A stretch of 64,000 nt of DNA from Anaerohalosphaeraceae bacterium (GTDB taxonomy: Bacteria > Planctomycetota > Phycisphaerae > Sedimentisphaerales > Anaerohalosphaeraceae), in the NCBI GenBank assembly GCA_963675525.2, contig CAXXSL010000013.1, positions 128,001 through 192,000 of the forward strand. Reading direction: 5' to 3'. The notes below the pieces were generated by a model. That model was given only the letters and a program-made list of their open reading frames with translations. It searched no databases and was not told the DNA's origin. Below, in pieces: positions 9,295-19,385 of this stretch. How positions within the stretch are numbered: the first letter of the stretch is position 1; each line of letters begins with the position of its first letter. The position numbers and the translations under genes were made by a program.

Positions 9295-9795
9295 TCATTT
9301 AATCCGTCTTCGCATTAAAACACTCACTGTCGACGCGATCGCCTTGCCTTCGCCGACGGCGTCCAGACCTTCATTGGTCTTGGCCTTGATGTTGACATTG
9401 GCGAAATCTGTATCCAGCAGACCGGCAATGGCTCGCTTGATCTGTCCCTTATGATTACCAAGCTTCGGAGCCTGAGCATGAATGATCACGTCCAGATTCA
9501 CAACCTCCCAGTGGTCTTTTTTGAATTTCTCCCGGACCCGTAATGTCAGGTCCCGGCTGTCGGCATCCTGCCACTGCGGGTCCGTATCCGGAAACAGCAT
9601 CCCGATATCGCCCTGCCCGGTTGCACCGAGCACCCCATCCATGACGGCATGAAGGACGACATCCCCGTCGCTGTGCCCCAACAGGCCCAGTCCAAACGGT
9701 ATCTCGACCCCGCCCATGATCAGCGGCCGGTCCGGCACCAACCGATGGATGTCGGTTCCGATGCCTGTTCGATATTCATACTGAAAGCCATCCAT
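9295..9795 (-). CDS. ispF: 2-C-methyl-D-erythritol 2,4-cyclodiphosphate synthase
   Basis: GIGTDIH, GHSDGDVVLHA, GDIG..FPD, KAKTNEGL. Confidence 0.96.
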   Translation of the reverse strand: MDGFQYEYRTGIGTDIHRLVPDRPLIMGGVEIPFGLGLLGHSDGDVVLHAVMDGVLGATGQGDIGMLFPDTDPQWQDADSRDLTLRVREKFKKDHWEVVNLDVIIHAQAPKLGNHKGQIKRAIAGLLDTDFANVNIKAKTNEGLDAVGEGKAIASTVSVLMRRRIK

Positions 9796-9799
9796 GGTT

Positions 9800-10384
9800 C
9801 TACAGAATCCCCTTTGTGCTGGGCACATCGGTGCCGACGATTTTAACGGCGACCCCAATCGCCTGGCCCAGGGCCTTGAAAATCGCCTCGGCAATATGGT
9901 GGCTGTTGGCCCCGTAAGGCACTTCGGTGTGGAGGTTAAATTTGCCGACGGTTGAAAAACTCCGCAGGAATTCCTCTACACATTCGACATCGAACTCGCC
10001 GATCTTCTCGCTGGGGAAAGCAACCTTATAAACCAAAAACGGCCTGCCGGATAAATCCACCGTCACCTCCGCTTTGGCGTCTTCCATCGGGACAATGCTG
10101 TGACCGTAACGGGCGATACCCTTTTTATCCGCCAATGCCTTGCAGAGCGCCTCGCCGATGCAAATGCCTACATCTTCAATTGTATGATGCGCATCGATTT
10201 CAAGATCGCCTTTGGCCTTGACGACCATGTCAATCTTACTGTGTTTGCTCAGATGCGTCAGCATGTGGTCGAAAAAACCGACTCCGGTATTGATGTCGTA
10301 CCGGCCCTGACCATCGAGATTCAGCTCAATCACAATATCCGTTTCATTCGTCTTACGCTCAATTTTTGACTTCCGTTCAGCCAT
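9800..10384 (-). CDS. hisB: imidazoleglycerol-phosphate dehydratase
   Basis: TGVGFFDHML, DAHHTIED, NSHHIAEAIFKA, PSTKG. Confidence 0.97.
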   Translation of the reverse strand: MAERKSKIERKTNETDIVIELNLDGQGRYDINTGVGFFDHMLTHLSKHSKIDMVVKAKGDLEIDAHHTIEDVGICIGEALCKALADKKGIARYGHSIVPMEDAKAEVTVDLSGRPFLVYKVAFPSEKIGEFDVECVEEFLRSFSTVGKFNLHTEVPYGANSHHIAEAIFKALGQAIGVAVKIVGTDVPSTKGIL

Positions 10385-10395
10385 ATCTATTTCCC

Positions 10396-11436
10396 TTAAC
10401 CCATTATTTCTTTCAGCGCGTCCAGCAACTGATCATTCTGCTGCGGCGTACCAATGGTAATCCGTAATTTATCTTCCAGCCCCGGCAGATCAAAATATCG
10501 CACAAAAATATTTCGCTCGACCAAAGCATCATAAACGTCTTTTGCCTCTTTTTTAACGCTGCGAGCCAGAATGAAGTTGGTCTGGCTGTCAGAAGCCTCA
10601 AAACCGAGCGTTCGCAACTGTTCGCTCAGGCGGCTGCGTTCGATTCTGACTTTTTCGACATTGGCCTTATGATATTTTTGATCCAGGATCGCGGCCGTCG
10701 CAGCGGCAATCGCCACCGCATCCACCGGATACGAATCTTTAACCTTCTGCAATCCTTCGATCAGACGGGGGCCGGCAATCCCGAAACCAAACCGCAGACC
10801 CGCCAGTGAATAGCCTTTACTCATGGAACGAAGCAAAATGACATTGTCAAAATCAGCAACCAATTCAATCGCAGTTTGTTCGGCAAAATCGACATAGGCC
10901 TCGTCGATCAGCAGCACGCCGGCAAGGCGACCCGCCAGTTTTGCCAAAGCGTCAACAGGCAACAGGTCAGACGTCGGAGCATTGGGGTTGCAGACTATGG
11001 TTAGTGCGGCGTTGATTTCGGCCAGCGGCTCCAATGAACCCGTTGCGTCACGATCAATTTCGATTGCCTCGCAGCCATGCAATTGTGCCAGCACCGGATA
11101 GAGCGAATAGGTCGGCTGGGCATAGGCCGCGGGGCGACCGGCATCACAGCAGGCACGAACGCAAATATTCAGCAGGTCGTCACCGCCGTTGGTGCAGACG
11201 ATATTTTCGGGCCGGACACCCAGAACCTTCGCGGCGGCGGTACAAAACACATCCGCTCCCGGGTCCGGGTATCGCCGGAGGTTTTCCGAGGGCAGCTCCG
11301 CAATGGCCTTTAAGACGTTGGGCGAAGGCGGATAGGGATTTTCATTGGTGTTCAGCTTGACCACATCGGCCGTTTTTGGCTGAAAACCGGGGGTATAGCC
11401 CGCCATTTGCTCAATTGTCTCACGAAAATAAGTCAT
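10396..11436 (-). CDS. hisC: histidinol-phosphate aminotransferase
   Basis: KLNTNENP, NPNAPT, DEAY, RSMSKGYSLAGLRFG. Confidence 0.95.
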   Translation of the reverse strand: MTYFRETIEQMAGYTPGFQPKTADVVKLNTNENPYPPSPNVLKAIAELPSENLRRYPDPGADVFCTAAAKVLGVRPENIVCTNGGDDLLNICVRACCDAGRPAAYAQPTYSLYPVLAQLHGCEAIEIDRDATGSLEPLAEINAALTIVCNPNAPTSDLLPVDALAKLAGRLAGVLLIDEAYVDFAEQTAIELVADFDNVILLRSMSKGYSLAGLRFGFGIAGPRLIEGLQKVKDSYPVDAVAIAAATAAILDQKYHKANVEKVRIERSRLSEQLRTLGFEASDSQTNFILARSVKKEAKDVYDALVERNIFVRYFDLPGLEDKLRITIGTPQQNDQLLDALKEIMG

Positions 11437-11609
11437 CGACACACCTTTCTTATACCAGTCTCTGCAAGATTATACCGGCCTTGGCTTATCGACAAAAGAA
11501 GATTTTGAAAAAGTTAAGGACACTCCGGATAAGAATATGACAATGCGAGGAAATATCATTACGCAATCTTGAAAATCCTACTCGTGGGATTTATGACCCG
11601 TATCAGGGT

Positions 11610-12455
11610 CTATTTGCCGCAGTAGTCGATGAGCCGGCCGATCTCGCTTCGCAGTTTCTTACGATTGACGATCATATCGACAAAACCATGCTCGACAAGA
11701 AATTCGGCGGTTTGAAATCCTTCGGGGAGTTCTATCTTAATGGTCTGCTGAATGACGCGCGGCCCGGCAAATCCGATCAGGGCTTTGGGTTCGGCAATGA
11801 TGACATCACCCAGCATGGCGAAACTGGCCGCCACGCCGCCGGTCGTCGGGTCGGTCAGAACGGAAATGTACAAACCGCCCGTCTGGTCGTACCGTGCCAG
11901 CGCGGCACTGGTTTTGGCCATCTGCTGCAGCGCCACCAGCCCTTCATGCATCCGCGCCCCGCCGGAGCAACAAACGACAACAAACGGCAGCGATTCTTCA
12001 ATCGCCCGATCCACCGCCTGGCAGAACTTTTCCCCGACGACCATACCCATCGAGCCGCCTAAAAAGGAGAAATTCATCACTGCCAGCATCACACCGCGGC
12101 CGCGGATGAATGCTTTGCCGGCCAGCATAGCCTCGTGTGCGGACATCTGTTCGGGGTCCACCTTGATACGGTCCTTGTAGTTCTGCTCGCCCCATGTGAA
12201 CTTCAGCGGGTCGCTGCTGGCCAGGTCCGGACCAAGTTCTTCGAAGGAACCTTCGTCGACAAGCTGCCGAATACGGGTCGCCCCGTCAATACGGAAATGA
12301 TGGTCGCATTCAGGACAAATACCCATATTTTCATCGACCGTTTTCTGGTACAGCATATTCTTGCAGGAAGGGCAGGACAGCCACAGACCTTCCGGCATTT
12401 CCTTACGGGGCTTTAGTGAATACCCATTCCAGCTCGATTTATTTTTTTTGGCCAT
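11610..12455 (-). CDS. accD: acetyl-CoA carboxylase carboxyltransferase beta subunit
   Basis: Zn finger CPSC..CPEC, GGSMG, SGGARMHEG, PTTGGV, GFAGPRVI. Confidence 0.97.
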   Translation of the reverse strand: MAKKNKSSWNGYSLKPRKEMPEGLWLSCPSCKNMLYQKTVDENMGICPECDHHFRIDGATRIRQLVDEGSFEELGPDLASSDPLKFTWGEQNYKDRIKVDPEQMSAHEAMLAGKAFIRGRGVMLAVMNFSFLGGSMGMVVGEKFCQAVDRAIEESLPFVVVCCSGGARMHEGLVALQQMAKTSAALARYDQTGGLYISVLTDPTTGGVAASFAMLGDVIIAEPKALIGFAGPRVIQQTIKIELPEGFQTAEFLVEHGFVDMIVNRKKLRSEIGRLIDYCGK

Positions 12456-12493
12456 CTAAACGTTTCTTTTTATCGTCTTTCGTTCCCCGGCAA

Positions 12494-13174
12494 TCAGCCT
12501 TCCATAGCCTGCCGTATCGCCGCAATCGCCGCGGCCCGGTTCTGTTTTCCAAAGACGGCGTTGCCGGCAACAAATGTATCGGCACCATAATCCCTGACAC
12601 GGGTAACCGTTGTCGCATAAATACCGCCGTCCACCTCAATGCGGATATCGGGACCGACAATTTCACGAATCCGTCGGCATTTTTGGGCTGCCTCGTCAAT
12701 AAAGGACTGTCCGCCGAAGCCGGGATGAACCGTCATCACCAGCACCATATCGCAAAGTGGCGCGACTTCCTCAACTGCCTCAACAGGCGTTTCAGGATTC
12801 AATGTCACCCCGACCGTTACTCCTGAGCTTCGTAATTCATCGATAAACTCAACAGGTTTGTCGACTGTCTCAATATGGAACGTAATATGGTCGGAACCGG
12901 CCTTAATAAATTCCGGGGCATATTTTTCCGGATCGGTAATCATCAAATGAGTATCCAGTACCGCATCCGTACATTGACGTATCCATTTAACGACCGGCGG
13001 ACCAATCGTAATATTCGGTACAAAATGCCCGTCCATGACATCCAGATGCACAATATGAATTCCGGCATCCGTTACTTGGGCGATTTCTGCTCTTAAATTC
13101 GCAAAATCCGCACTCAGGATAGACGGTGCAATTTCAAGTGTGCCGGCTTTTGGTAATTTGTGCCTGTTCATCAT
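12494..13174 (-). CDS. rpe: ribulose-phosphate 3-epimerase
   Basis: IAPSILSADF, HLDVMDGHFVPN, PGFGGQ, EVDGG. Confidence 0.96.
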   Translation of the reverse strand: MMNRHKLPKAGTLEIAPSILSADFANLRAEIAQVTDAGIHIVHLDVMDGHFVPNITIGPPVVKWIRQCTDAVLDTHLMITDPEKYAPEFIKAGSDHITFHIETVDKPVEFIDELRSSGVTVGVTLNPETPVEAVEEVAPLCDMVLVMTVHPGFGGQSFIDEAAQKCRRIREIVGPDIRIEVDGGIYATTVTRVRDYGADTFVAGNAVFGKQNRAAAIAAIRQAMEG

Positions 13175-13186
13175 TCTTCTTTTTTT

Positions 13187-13258
13187 GACACAGATTAACG
13201 CAGATTCCACAGATAAAATATTTTTTATTAATCCGTGAAGTCCGCGTAATCTATGGTT
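13187..13258. repeat. empty inverted pair of ~9-bp-periodic arms
   Basis: GACACAGATTAACGCAGATTCCACAGAT (13187-13214), short AT spacer, AATCCGTGAAGTCCGCGTAATCTATGGTT (13230-13258). Confidence 0.7.
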
Positions 13259-13265
13259 CCTTTTT

Positions 13266-14504
13266 TTATTTTTCGTCCAGGATCGCCAGGCATTTAAACT
13301 TCTTGCCTTCAAGAAATTCCAAACTGGCGCCGCCGCCGGTAGAGATGTGGCTGACCTGGTCCTGCAGACCCATTTGCATAATCGCACTGGCGCTGTCGCC
13401 GCCGCCGATGATACTGCGGGCTCCCTTACTGGTTGCACCGGCGACCGCTGTCGCAACCGCCTTGGTTCCAACCGCAAATGGTTCCATTTCAAAGACGCCC
13501 ATTGGTCCGTTCCAGACGATTGTTTTGGCGTTTAGGAGCTTGGACGCAAATAATTCCGCCGTTTCCGGCCCGATGTCCAGACCTTCCCAGCCGTCTTCGA
13601 TATCGCCTTCAATCACCTTATGTTCGGCGTCGGCCTTAAATGCTGTGGCCACCACCGTATCGACTGGCAGAACGAGTTCACAACCGATCTCCTGGGCCTG
13701 TCCCATCAGTTTGACGGCCTTGTCCACAAAGTCATCCTCGCACAGACTGTTGCCGACCCGCTTGCCCTGTGCCTTGAAGAAGGTGTAGGCCATAGCACCG
13801 CCAATCAGAATCGTGTCAACCTTCGTCATCAGATTTTCAATGACCGCAATTTTATCCGAAACCTTCGCTCCGCCCAAAATCGCCACAAAGGGTTTTTCCG
13901 GGTTATCCACGGTCTCGCCGAGGAATTTCAGCTCTTTTTCAATCAGGAAACCGGAGACACGGGGCTTGCCTTCCATCATACAGGGCACGGTATACATCGA
14001 CGCATTATCACGGTGAGCCGTGCCAAACGCATCATCCACATACACGTCCGCCAGTTCCGCAAGCTGTTTGGCGAAATCATCCTTGGCCTGGCGCAACTGG
14101 GCATCTTCCTTGGCGGCCTTATCCTTGATCGTTTCTTCCTTATGGAAACGAACATTTTCCAGCAGCAGTACATCGCCGGCCTTTAGCGCCGCGGCTTTGG
14201 CCTTGACATCTTCACCGATACAATCGTTGGCAAAGAGAACCTCCTTACTCAGCAGTTCGCCCAATCGCTTAGCAACCGGGGCCAGCGAAAATTTCGCTTC
14301 CGGCTCACCTTTGGGACGCCCCAGGTGGCTCATCAGAATCAGCGAACCACCACCGGACAGGACATGCTTGATGGTCGGCATCGCCTGCACAATCCGGTTA
14401 TCATTCGTAATCGTTTGGTTCTCATCCAGCGGTACATTGAAATCGCATCGCAACAGAACCCGTTTGTCTTTTACTTCAATATCCGCAACTGTTTTTTTTG
14501 CCAT
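13266..14504 (-). CDS. pgk: phosphoglycerate kinase
   Basis: RCDFNVP, SHLGRP, LLENVRF, GGAKVSDK, WNGPMG, HISTGGGA. Confidence 0.98.
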   Translation of the reverse strand: MAKKTVADIEVKDKRVLLRCDFNVPLDENQTITNDNRIVQAMPTIKHVLSGGGSLILMSHLGRPKGEPEAKFSLAPVAKRLGELLSKEVLFANDCIGEDVKAKAAALKAGDVLLLENVRFHKEETIKDKAAKEDAQLRQAKDDFAKQLAELADVYVDDAFGTAHRDNASMYTVPCMMEGKPRVSGFLIEKELKFLGETVDNPEKPFVAILGGAKVSDKIAVIENLMTKVDTILIGGAMAYTFFKAQGKRVGNSLCEDDFVDKAVKLMGQAQEIGCELVLPVDTVVATAFKADAEHKVIEGDIEDGWEGLDIGPETAELFASKLLNAKTIVWNGPMGVFEMEPFAVGTKAVATAVAGATSKGARSIIGGGDSASAIMQMGLQDQVSHISTGGGASLEFLEGKKFKCLAILDEK

Positions 14505-14555
14505 AATATAAGCCTTTCTATCGTAAAAAAGCTGTTTTTTGTTCGCTATTCAAAC

Positions 14556-14582
14556 AAAAGCCCGCACGGAATGCGGGCTTTT
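14556..14582. terminator. intrinsic terminator after gap
   Basis: AAAAGCCCGCA-CGGAA-TGCGGGCTTTT. Confidence 0.75.
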
Positions 14583-14628
14583 TGTTGTTTTTGATAACGT
14601 CATTTGCCCGTATCGGGCGCTTATCATA

Positions 14629-15639
14629 CTACATTGCGGCAAGTTTTGCAATGATATCAACGGTCCGGTTTGAATACCCCCACTCGTTGTCATACCAGCT
14701 AACAACCTTGACGGTCTTGCCCTGCACCATCGTGCACAGCGAATCAAAGATGCTCGAATAGGTATTGCCGATGATGTCGCTGCTGACGATCGGCTCATCG
14801 CAGTAAGCCAGAATGCCCTTCAGAGAACCTTCAGCGGCTTTCTTGATAGCGGCGTTCACTTCATCCTTGGTCACTTCCTTGCCCAGGTCGGCAACGAGGT
14901 CCACACAACTGCCGGTAATGACCGGAACACGCAGTGCGTAACCGTCCAGTTTGCCCTTCAGAGCCGGCAGAACAAGCCCGACAGCCTTGGCGGCACCGGT
15001 CGTTGTCGGAATGATGTTTTGAGCGGCCGCACGGGCACGACGCAGGTCACTGTGAATCTGGTCGCAAACGTTTTGGTCGTTGGTGTAACCGTGAACGGTA
15101 ACCATCATGCCTTTTTCAATACCGAATGCTTCGTGCAGCGCCTTCGCCAGCGGAGCCAGGCAGTTGGTCGTGCAGCTTGCGTTTGAAACAGACTTGGTCG
15201 CTGCGGTAATCTGACCATCGTTCACGCCCATCACCACCGTCGCATCAATGTCGTCCTTGGCCGGAACGGTCAGAACAACCTTCTTGGCGCCGGCAACGAT
15301 GTGGTCTTCATAACCGCCCTTTTCAGAAGTTTTAGAACGGAAGATACCGGTGGACTCAACAGCAACGTCAACTTTCAGCTCTTTCCACGGCAGTTCCTTG
15401 GGATTGCGGATAGCAGTCACCTTGACACTTTTGCCGTCGATCACGATGGCATCGTCTTTGCCTTCGACGGTACCCTTGTAGGGACCGAATACGGTGTCAT
15501 ATTTGAACAGGTGCGCCAGACTCTTGGCCGGAGCCAGGTCATTGATCGCAACCAGTTCCATATCCTTACGCTCCATCAAAATGCGGGCGACTGCACGGCC
15601 GATACGACCGAAACCATTAATTGCAACTTTTGTTGCCAT
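14629..15639 (-). CDS. gap: type I glyceraldehyde-3-phosphate dehydrogenase
   Basis: [27 protein letters not shown]. Confidence 0.98.
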   Translation of the reverse strand: MATKVAINGFGRIGRAVARILMERKDMELVAINDLAPAKSLAHLFKYDTVFGPYKGTVEGKDDAIVIDGKSVKVTAIRNPKELPWKELKVDVAVESTGIFRSKTSEKGGYEDHIVAGAKKVVLTVPAKDDIDATVVMGVNDGQITAATKSVSNASCTTNCLAPLAKALHEAFGIEKGMMVTVHGYTNDQNVCDQIHSDLRRARAAAQNIIPTTTGAAKAVGLVLPALKGKLDGYALRVPVITGSCVDLVADLGKEVTKDEVNAAIKKAAEGSLKGILAYCDEPIVSSDIIGNTYSSIFDSLCTMVQGKTVKVVSWYDNEWGYSNRTVDIIAKLAAM

Positions 15640-15717
15640 CGTAAATCTCCTGTAACTTAAAAAAAACTTGTTTATCTACATACTGTCCCTGTTCTCGGGC
15701 AGATATACGGAAGCGAC

Positions 15718-15746
15718 AATGTAGAACCACACGAGGTGATTGTCAA
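15718..15746 (-). promoter_or_regulatory. sigma70-type promoter for gap
   Basis: TTGACA-N17-TACATT on the minus strand. Confidence 0.6.
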
Positions 15747-15805
15747 GAATTTTATGCGAAATAAAGGGTTTTTTGTACCGGACTATGACGACCTCTTATA
15801 TCCCT

Positions 15806-17749
15806 CTACCTTGTCTTTTCGTTAAATATTTCTGCCAATGCCATCCCTACCGGCTTGAGATTCCCCTCAAAATCAACGATTGAGGTGTTTGCCATACAAG
15901 GAAAGCTGTCATGCCCCATCCATAGAATCACGCCGCCGCATTGAGGAAACCGTTCTTTGCAGGTCTTAACTGCCGTGGTAAGAATCTTCGATTGCCGCTG
16001 CTGGCCCCACTCAACATAGTCTTCAAGCGTTTCAGGGGTGCGGCCGTTTTCCTTTATGTATTGGTCGATTTGAAGCCACCAACTGGTCCGCCGCCACAGC
16101 GGATTTTTCAGTTCCGGCAGCAGATCAAGATTTCCCGCGTATTTTCGAATTAACGCTGCGCTGCTCGGTCCCGGAGCACCAAGTTCAGAGCGGAAAAGCG
16201 AATCATCTTGTTGCCAGTAACTTAACCAGCGTTCATCCAGTTCGCCGTCAACCTTCCATGGTCCATGCACATCCCAGTGCAGCCCCCTGCCGTAATTTTC
16301 CTGAGCCCCAAGAAACGACGGCCCGGAAGGTGATGTCGGAATAAATCGATGCTGAGCATCTTTCTGCTTAATGAGATTAAACGCGTTCCGGAACATTGGG
16401 TGCTCAAGCCCCAGAGGAGTAACGTCTACATTTGTCAGTTCATTGCCGCCGCTCCAGAGCAATAAGCAGGCATGGTGATGTAAACGACTGACATAGGAAT
16501 GAACGATCTCCATGTATTGACCAACCATCTGTTCATCATCCGGCGGATAATTTTCAATCCCCGATGACGAAAGCGGTAATTCCTGCCAAACCAGCAAACC
16601 AAGCTGGTCGCACAGGTCATAAAAGCAGGGTTTTTCCAGGGTGGCTCCTCCCCAGACCCTGAGAACATTCAACCCCATCGACCGATACAATTTCAGCCTC
16701 TTGCGATACTCATCTTCGCTGACATCCGCAAAATTCGGCCTGATAGGCGTCCAGTTGACCCCTTGCAGGAAAACATTCCGGCCGTTTATCATGCATATCC
16801 AGGGGTCTGCGCCTTCGGGAGCATTGAGACAATCCCGCCATTCGATACGCTTAAATCCTATCGACTTATTGAACCGGTCAAACTGCCGGCCTGTCTTATC
16901 TTTCAGTCTCACTTCCAGCTCATAGAGTTGCCCATCGCCAAGACCGTTCGGCCACCAGGGCTGAATATCCAAAGCCCCGAGCTTAAATCCATTTTCTTGA
17001 AATTCCGTTACCGAGATAGACTCGGAGAAAACAGTTTTTGCCTTATCGTAAAGTTTGACCTCCAGTTCAAGCCCATCAGATGCACACGATGAGCCGGTCA
17101 ATGCAATGCTGCCGCGTTGGCTGTCAACATCATAGTCGGTCTGAATGAAAATCTCCCCAATAGCATTTTCAGGAATTTCTTCAATGTAAATATCCTGCCA
17201 GATTCCGATTTGAACCAGCCGGCTTGTCCAGTCCCATGTATAATAGAAGCGGGGTTTCCAATCACGAATTTCAGATGAACGGTGAAACTGTCCCAGCCAT
17301 CTCGGCGGACATTCAAACATGATCTGCAGAAGGTTGGATTCCGCATTTAAATCGGTAAGTTCAACCACGTGCTCAACATGACAATTTGCAAAATCATAGA
17401 TAACGTTGCCGTTTAAATAGATCTGCCCCTGATGGTCAAGACCCAGCGCTCGTAATTGATATCTTTTGCCGGCTTCGAACCAATGTTCCGGCAGATAAGT
17501 TTCATAAAGCCAATGCCTGTTTTCGGCCCACTCACTATCCCTGGCGTTCATGCCGATATTCCAATCGGATACGATGCCGGAATCAAGCAGCGCCTTTTGC
17601 ACAGAGCCCGGCACGCTGGCTGGAATCGTATCAATATCCGGGTTACAGGAAGTTCCAACCTCACGACATCCACCCATTTGCCACTCATAGGGAATATAGC
17701 CTGTTAAATTCCATTGGAGTTCTGAAGCTTTATAGTGTTTTAAAGTCAT
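15806..17749 (-). CDS. glycoside hydrolase family 2 (beta-mannosidase-like)
   Basis: WDW, PWWPNGLG, GVNWTP, RVWGG, WSGGNE, SELG. Confidence 0.85.
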   Translation of the reverse strand: MTLKHYKASELQWNLTGYIPYEWQMGGCREVGTSCNPDIDTIPASVPGSVQKALLDSGIVSDWNIGMNARDSEWAENRHWLYETYLPEHWFEAGKRYQLRALGLDHQGQIYLNGNVIYDFANCHVEHVVELTDLNAESNLLQIMFECPPRWLGQFHRSSEIRDWKPRFYYTWDWTSRLVQIGIWQDIYIEEIPENAIGEIFIQTDYDVDSQRGSIALTGSSCASDGLELEVKLYDKAKTVFSESISVTEFQENGFKLGALDIQPWWPNGLGDGQLYELEVRLKDKTGRQFDRFNKSIGFKRIEWRDCLNAPEGADPWICMINGRNVFLQGVNWTPIRPNFADVSEDEYRKRLKLYRSMGLNVLRVWGGATLEKPCFYDLCDQLGLLVWQELPLSSSGIENYPPDDEQMVGQYMEIVHSYVSRLHHHACLLLWSGGNELTNVDVTPLGLEHPMFRNAFNLIKQKDAQHRFIPTSPSGPSFLGAQENYGRGLHWDVHGPWKVDGELDERWLSYWQQDDSLFRSELGAPGPSSAALIRKYAGNLDLLPELKNPLWRRTSWWLQIDQYIKENGRTPETLEDYVEWGQQRQSKILTTAVKTCKERFPQCGGVILWMGHDSFPCMANTSIVDFEGNLKPVGMALAEIFNEKTR

Positions 17750-17845
17750 TGGAATCTCTTTTAAATTGTTATCAATTATAAAGGGTAGACATCTTTTTCA
17801 ACATTTTACAATCGCTATCATAAACGACTCAAACGGCAAATCAAC

Positions 17846-19264
17846 CTAAAAACAACCTATTGGGGTCATCCGCATTTCGATAATATCAGTTGTATTCTTA
17901 GTTACTTTGGCCTCTTCGGACATGCGGACGGGGGCCAGCCAGAGGATTTTCTCCGAATCGGCAATAATAAACGCCCGATTTTTCATCTCGGCGTCAAGCC
18001 CCCCATCCATCAGAAACCGCCCCACCTTCTTTTCGCCCTTCCCCCCGATCGGCCAAAACCGATCCCCATCCCGGCGGTGTCGAACCTCAATCTCACCTGT
18101 GATTGTGTCCGCATCGAACCACTCGACAAACGCATCTTTGGTTTTTAAAAACTGCTCGAAATCAATCTCTTCGCGATTCAGGATTTTGGATGAAATTGTC
18201 CACGGGCCGAATTGAACGGTTTGGCCGATCTTCAAAATGCAGGACTGAATGGTTTCAACTGCGTCAGGTTTTGATCGTATCCATATTTTGCCTTTTTCAA
18301 CGATCACTTCAACACCGTTTGGGAATCCAGATTTCGCTTTTTTCTGCTGAAGAAGTTGATAGATCAGATCAAAATGCTGCCGCTTGTAGTTTCGCAAGCC
18401 AACACCCAGCTTGACCAGCACCCCGCGCATGACCTCATAAAACACCCACGGCGGGCAGTCCCCAAGCAATGCCTGCTCAAGGACAAACTCGGATTTAAGC
18501 GTGTCCAGCCGCCCCTTTGCGATAATCGATCGGGCCTGCTTTTCGGTCCACAACAAAAACCGCCGGCTTTTGTAAGACAATGCCAATAACCGGTCAACAA
18601 GAACATCACTTTCGATTTGCAAGGCCGGCAATAGGTGATGACGAATTCGATTCCGCGTAAAGTTGATATTTTTATTCGAGGCATCTTCTCGCCAGGAGAG
18701 TTTGTTTTCCGTACAGTACTGAATGATTTCCGTTCGTCGCATCCCCAGCATCGGCCGAATAAATTCCACTTCATAGACTTCGGATACCGGCCATATGCCG
18801 CACAAGCCCCGAAAACCCGTTCCCCGCATCAAACGATGAATCAACGTTTCGGCCAGGTCGTCTTTGTGATGCGCCGTGACGACACCATCGCAATCCTTTT
18901 CCCTTGCCATCGTGGCCAACGCTTTTAATCGCAACGTCCGTGCGGCGGTTTCAATGGAAAGTTTTTTTTGCTTCGCATATTCATTAACGGGAACCGATGT
19001 CGTCACTACGTCCATTCCCAACCGCTCGCCCAATTCCTGAACAAAGACTTCGTCACCATCCGACGCAGTCCCGCGCAGGCCGTGATTGACGTGGGCCATC
19101 ACAAAAACACATGGCAACTGCCCCGCCTGCCGCAACCGATGCAGCGCGTATACCATCGCCACCGAATCGGCCCCACCGGAAACAGCCAGAAGCACACGGT
19201 CAACCTCTTCAAACAGGCCGTTTGAATTGGTGAATTCAAGCAATTTGTCTTCAATACCACTCAT
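17846..19264 (-). CDS. tilS: tRNA(Ile)-lysidine synthetase
   Basis: AVSGGADS, HVNHGLRG, AHHKDDLAET, DASN..FTRNRIRH; start 19264 or 19273. Confidence 0.95.
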   Translation of the reverse strand: MSGIEDKLLEFTNSNGLFEEVDRVLLAVSGGADSVAMVYALHRLRQAGQLPCVFVMAHVNHGLRGTASDGDEVFVQELGERLGMDVVTTSVPVNEYAKQKKLSIETAARTLRLKALATMAREKDCDGVVTAHHKDDLAETLIHRLMRGTGFRGLCGIWPVSEVYEVEFIRPMLGMRRTEIIQYCTENKLSWREDASNKNINFTRNRIRHHLLPALQIESDVLVDRLLALSYKSRRFLLWTEKQARSIIAKGRLDTLKSEFVLEQALLGDCPPWVFYEVMRGVLVKLGVGLRNYKRQHFDLIYQLLQQKKAKSGFPNGVEVIVEKGKIWIRSKPDAVETIQSCILKIGQTVQFGPWTISSKILNREEIDFEQFLKTKDAFVEWFDADTITGEIEVRHRRDGDRFWPIGGKGEKKVGRFLMDGGLDAEMKNRAFIIADSEKILWLAPVRMSEEAKVTKNTTDIIEMRMTPIGCF

Positions 19265-19320
19265 AAAATGCATCCGCCAAATGCGGTTTCCTCATTTGAT
19301 CTTTACTCTTTGATATGAAC

Positions 19321-19352
19321 AAAAAAGGCCTGCTTCCAAAAAGAAACAGGCC
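19321..19352 (-). terminator. probable intrinsic terminator
   Basis: GGCCTG...CAGGCC stem followed by a T-tract on the minus strand. Confidence 0.5.
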
Positions 19353-19385
19353 CTGTCAAAACCATTCAACATACTTACAGCATTA

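Noticed and set aside
13175..13492. N-terminal extension of Rpe in the ORF track
   Set aside because: It overlaps pgk in another frame and reads through the periodic repeat; Rpe homology starts near 13174.
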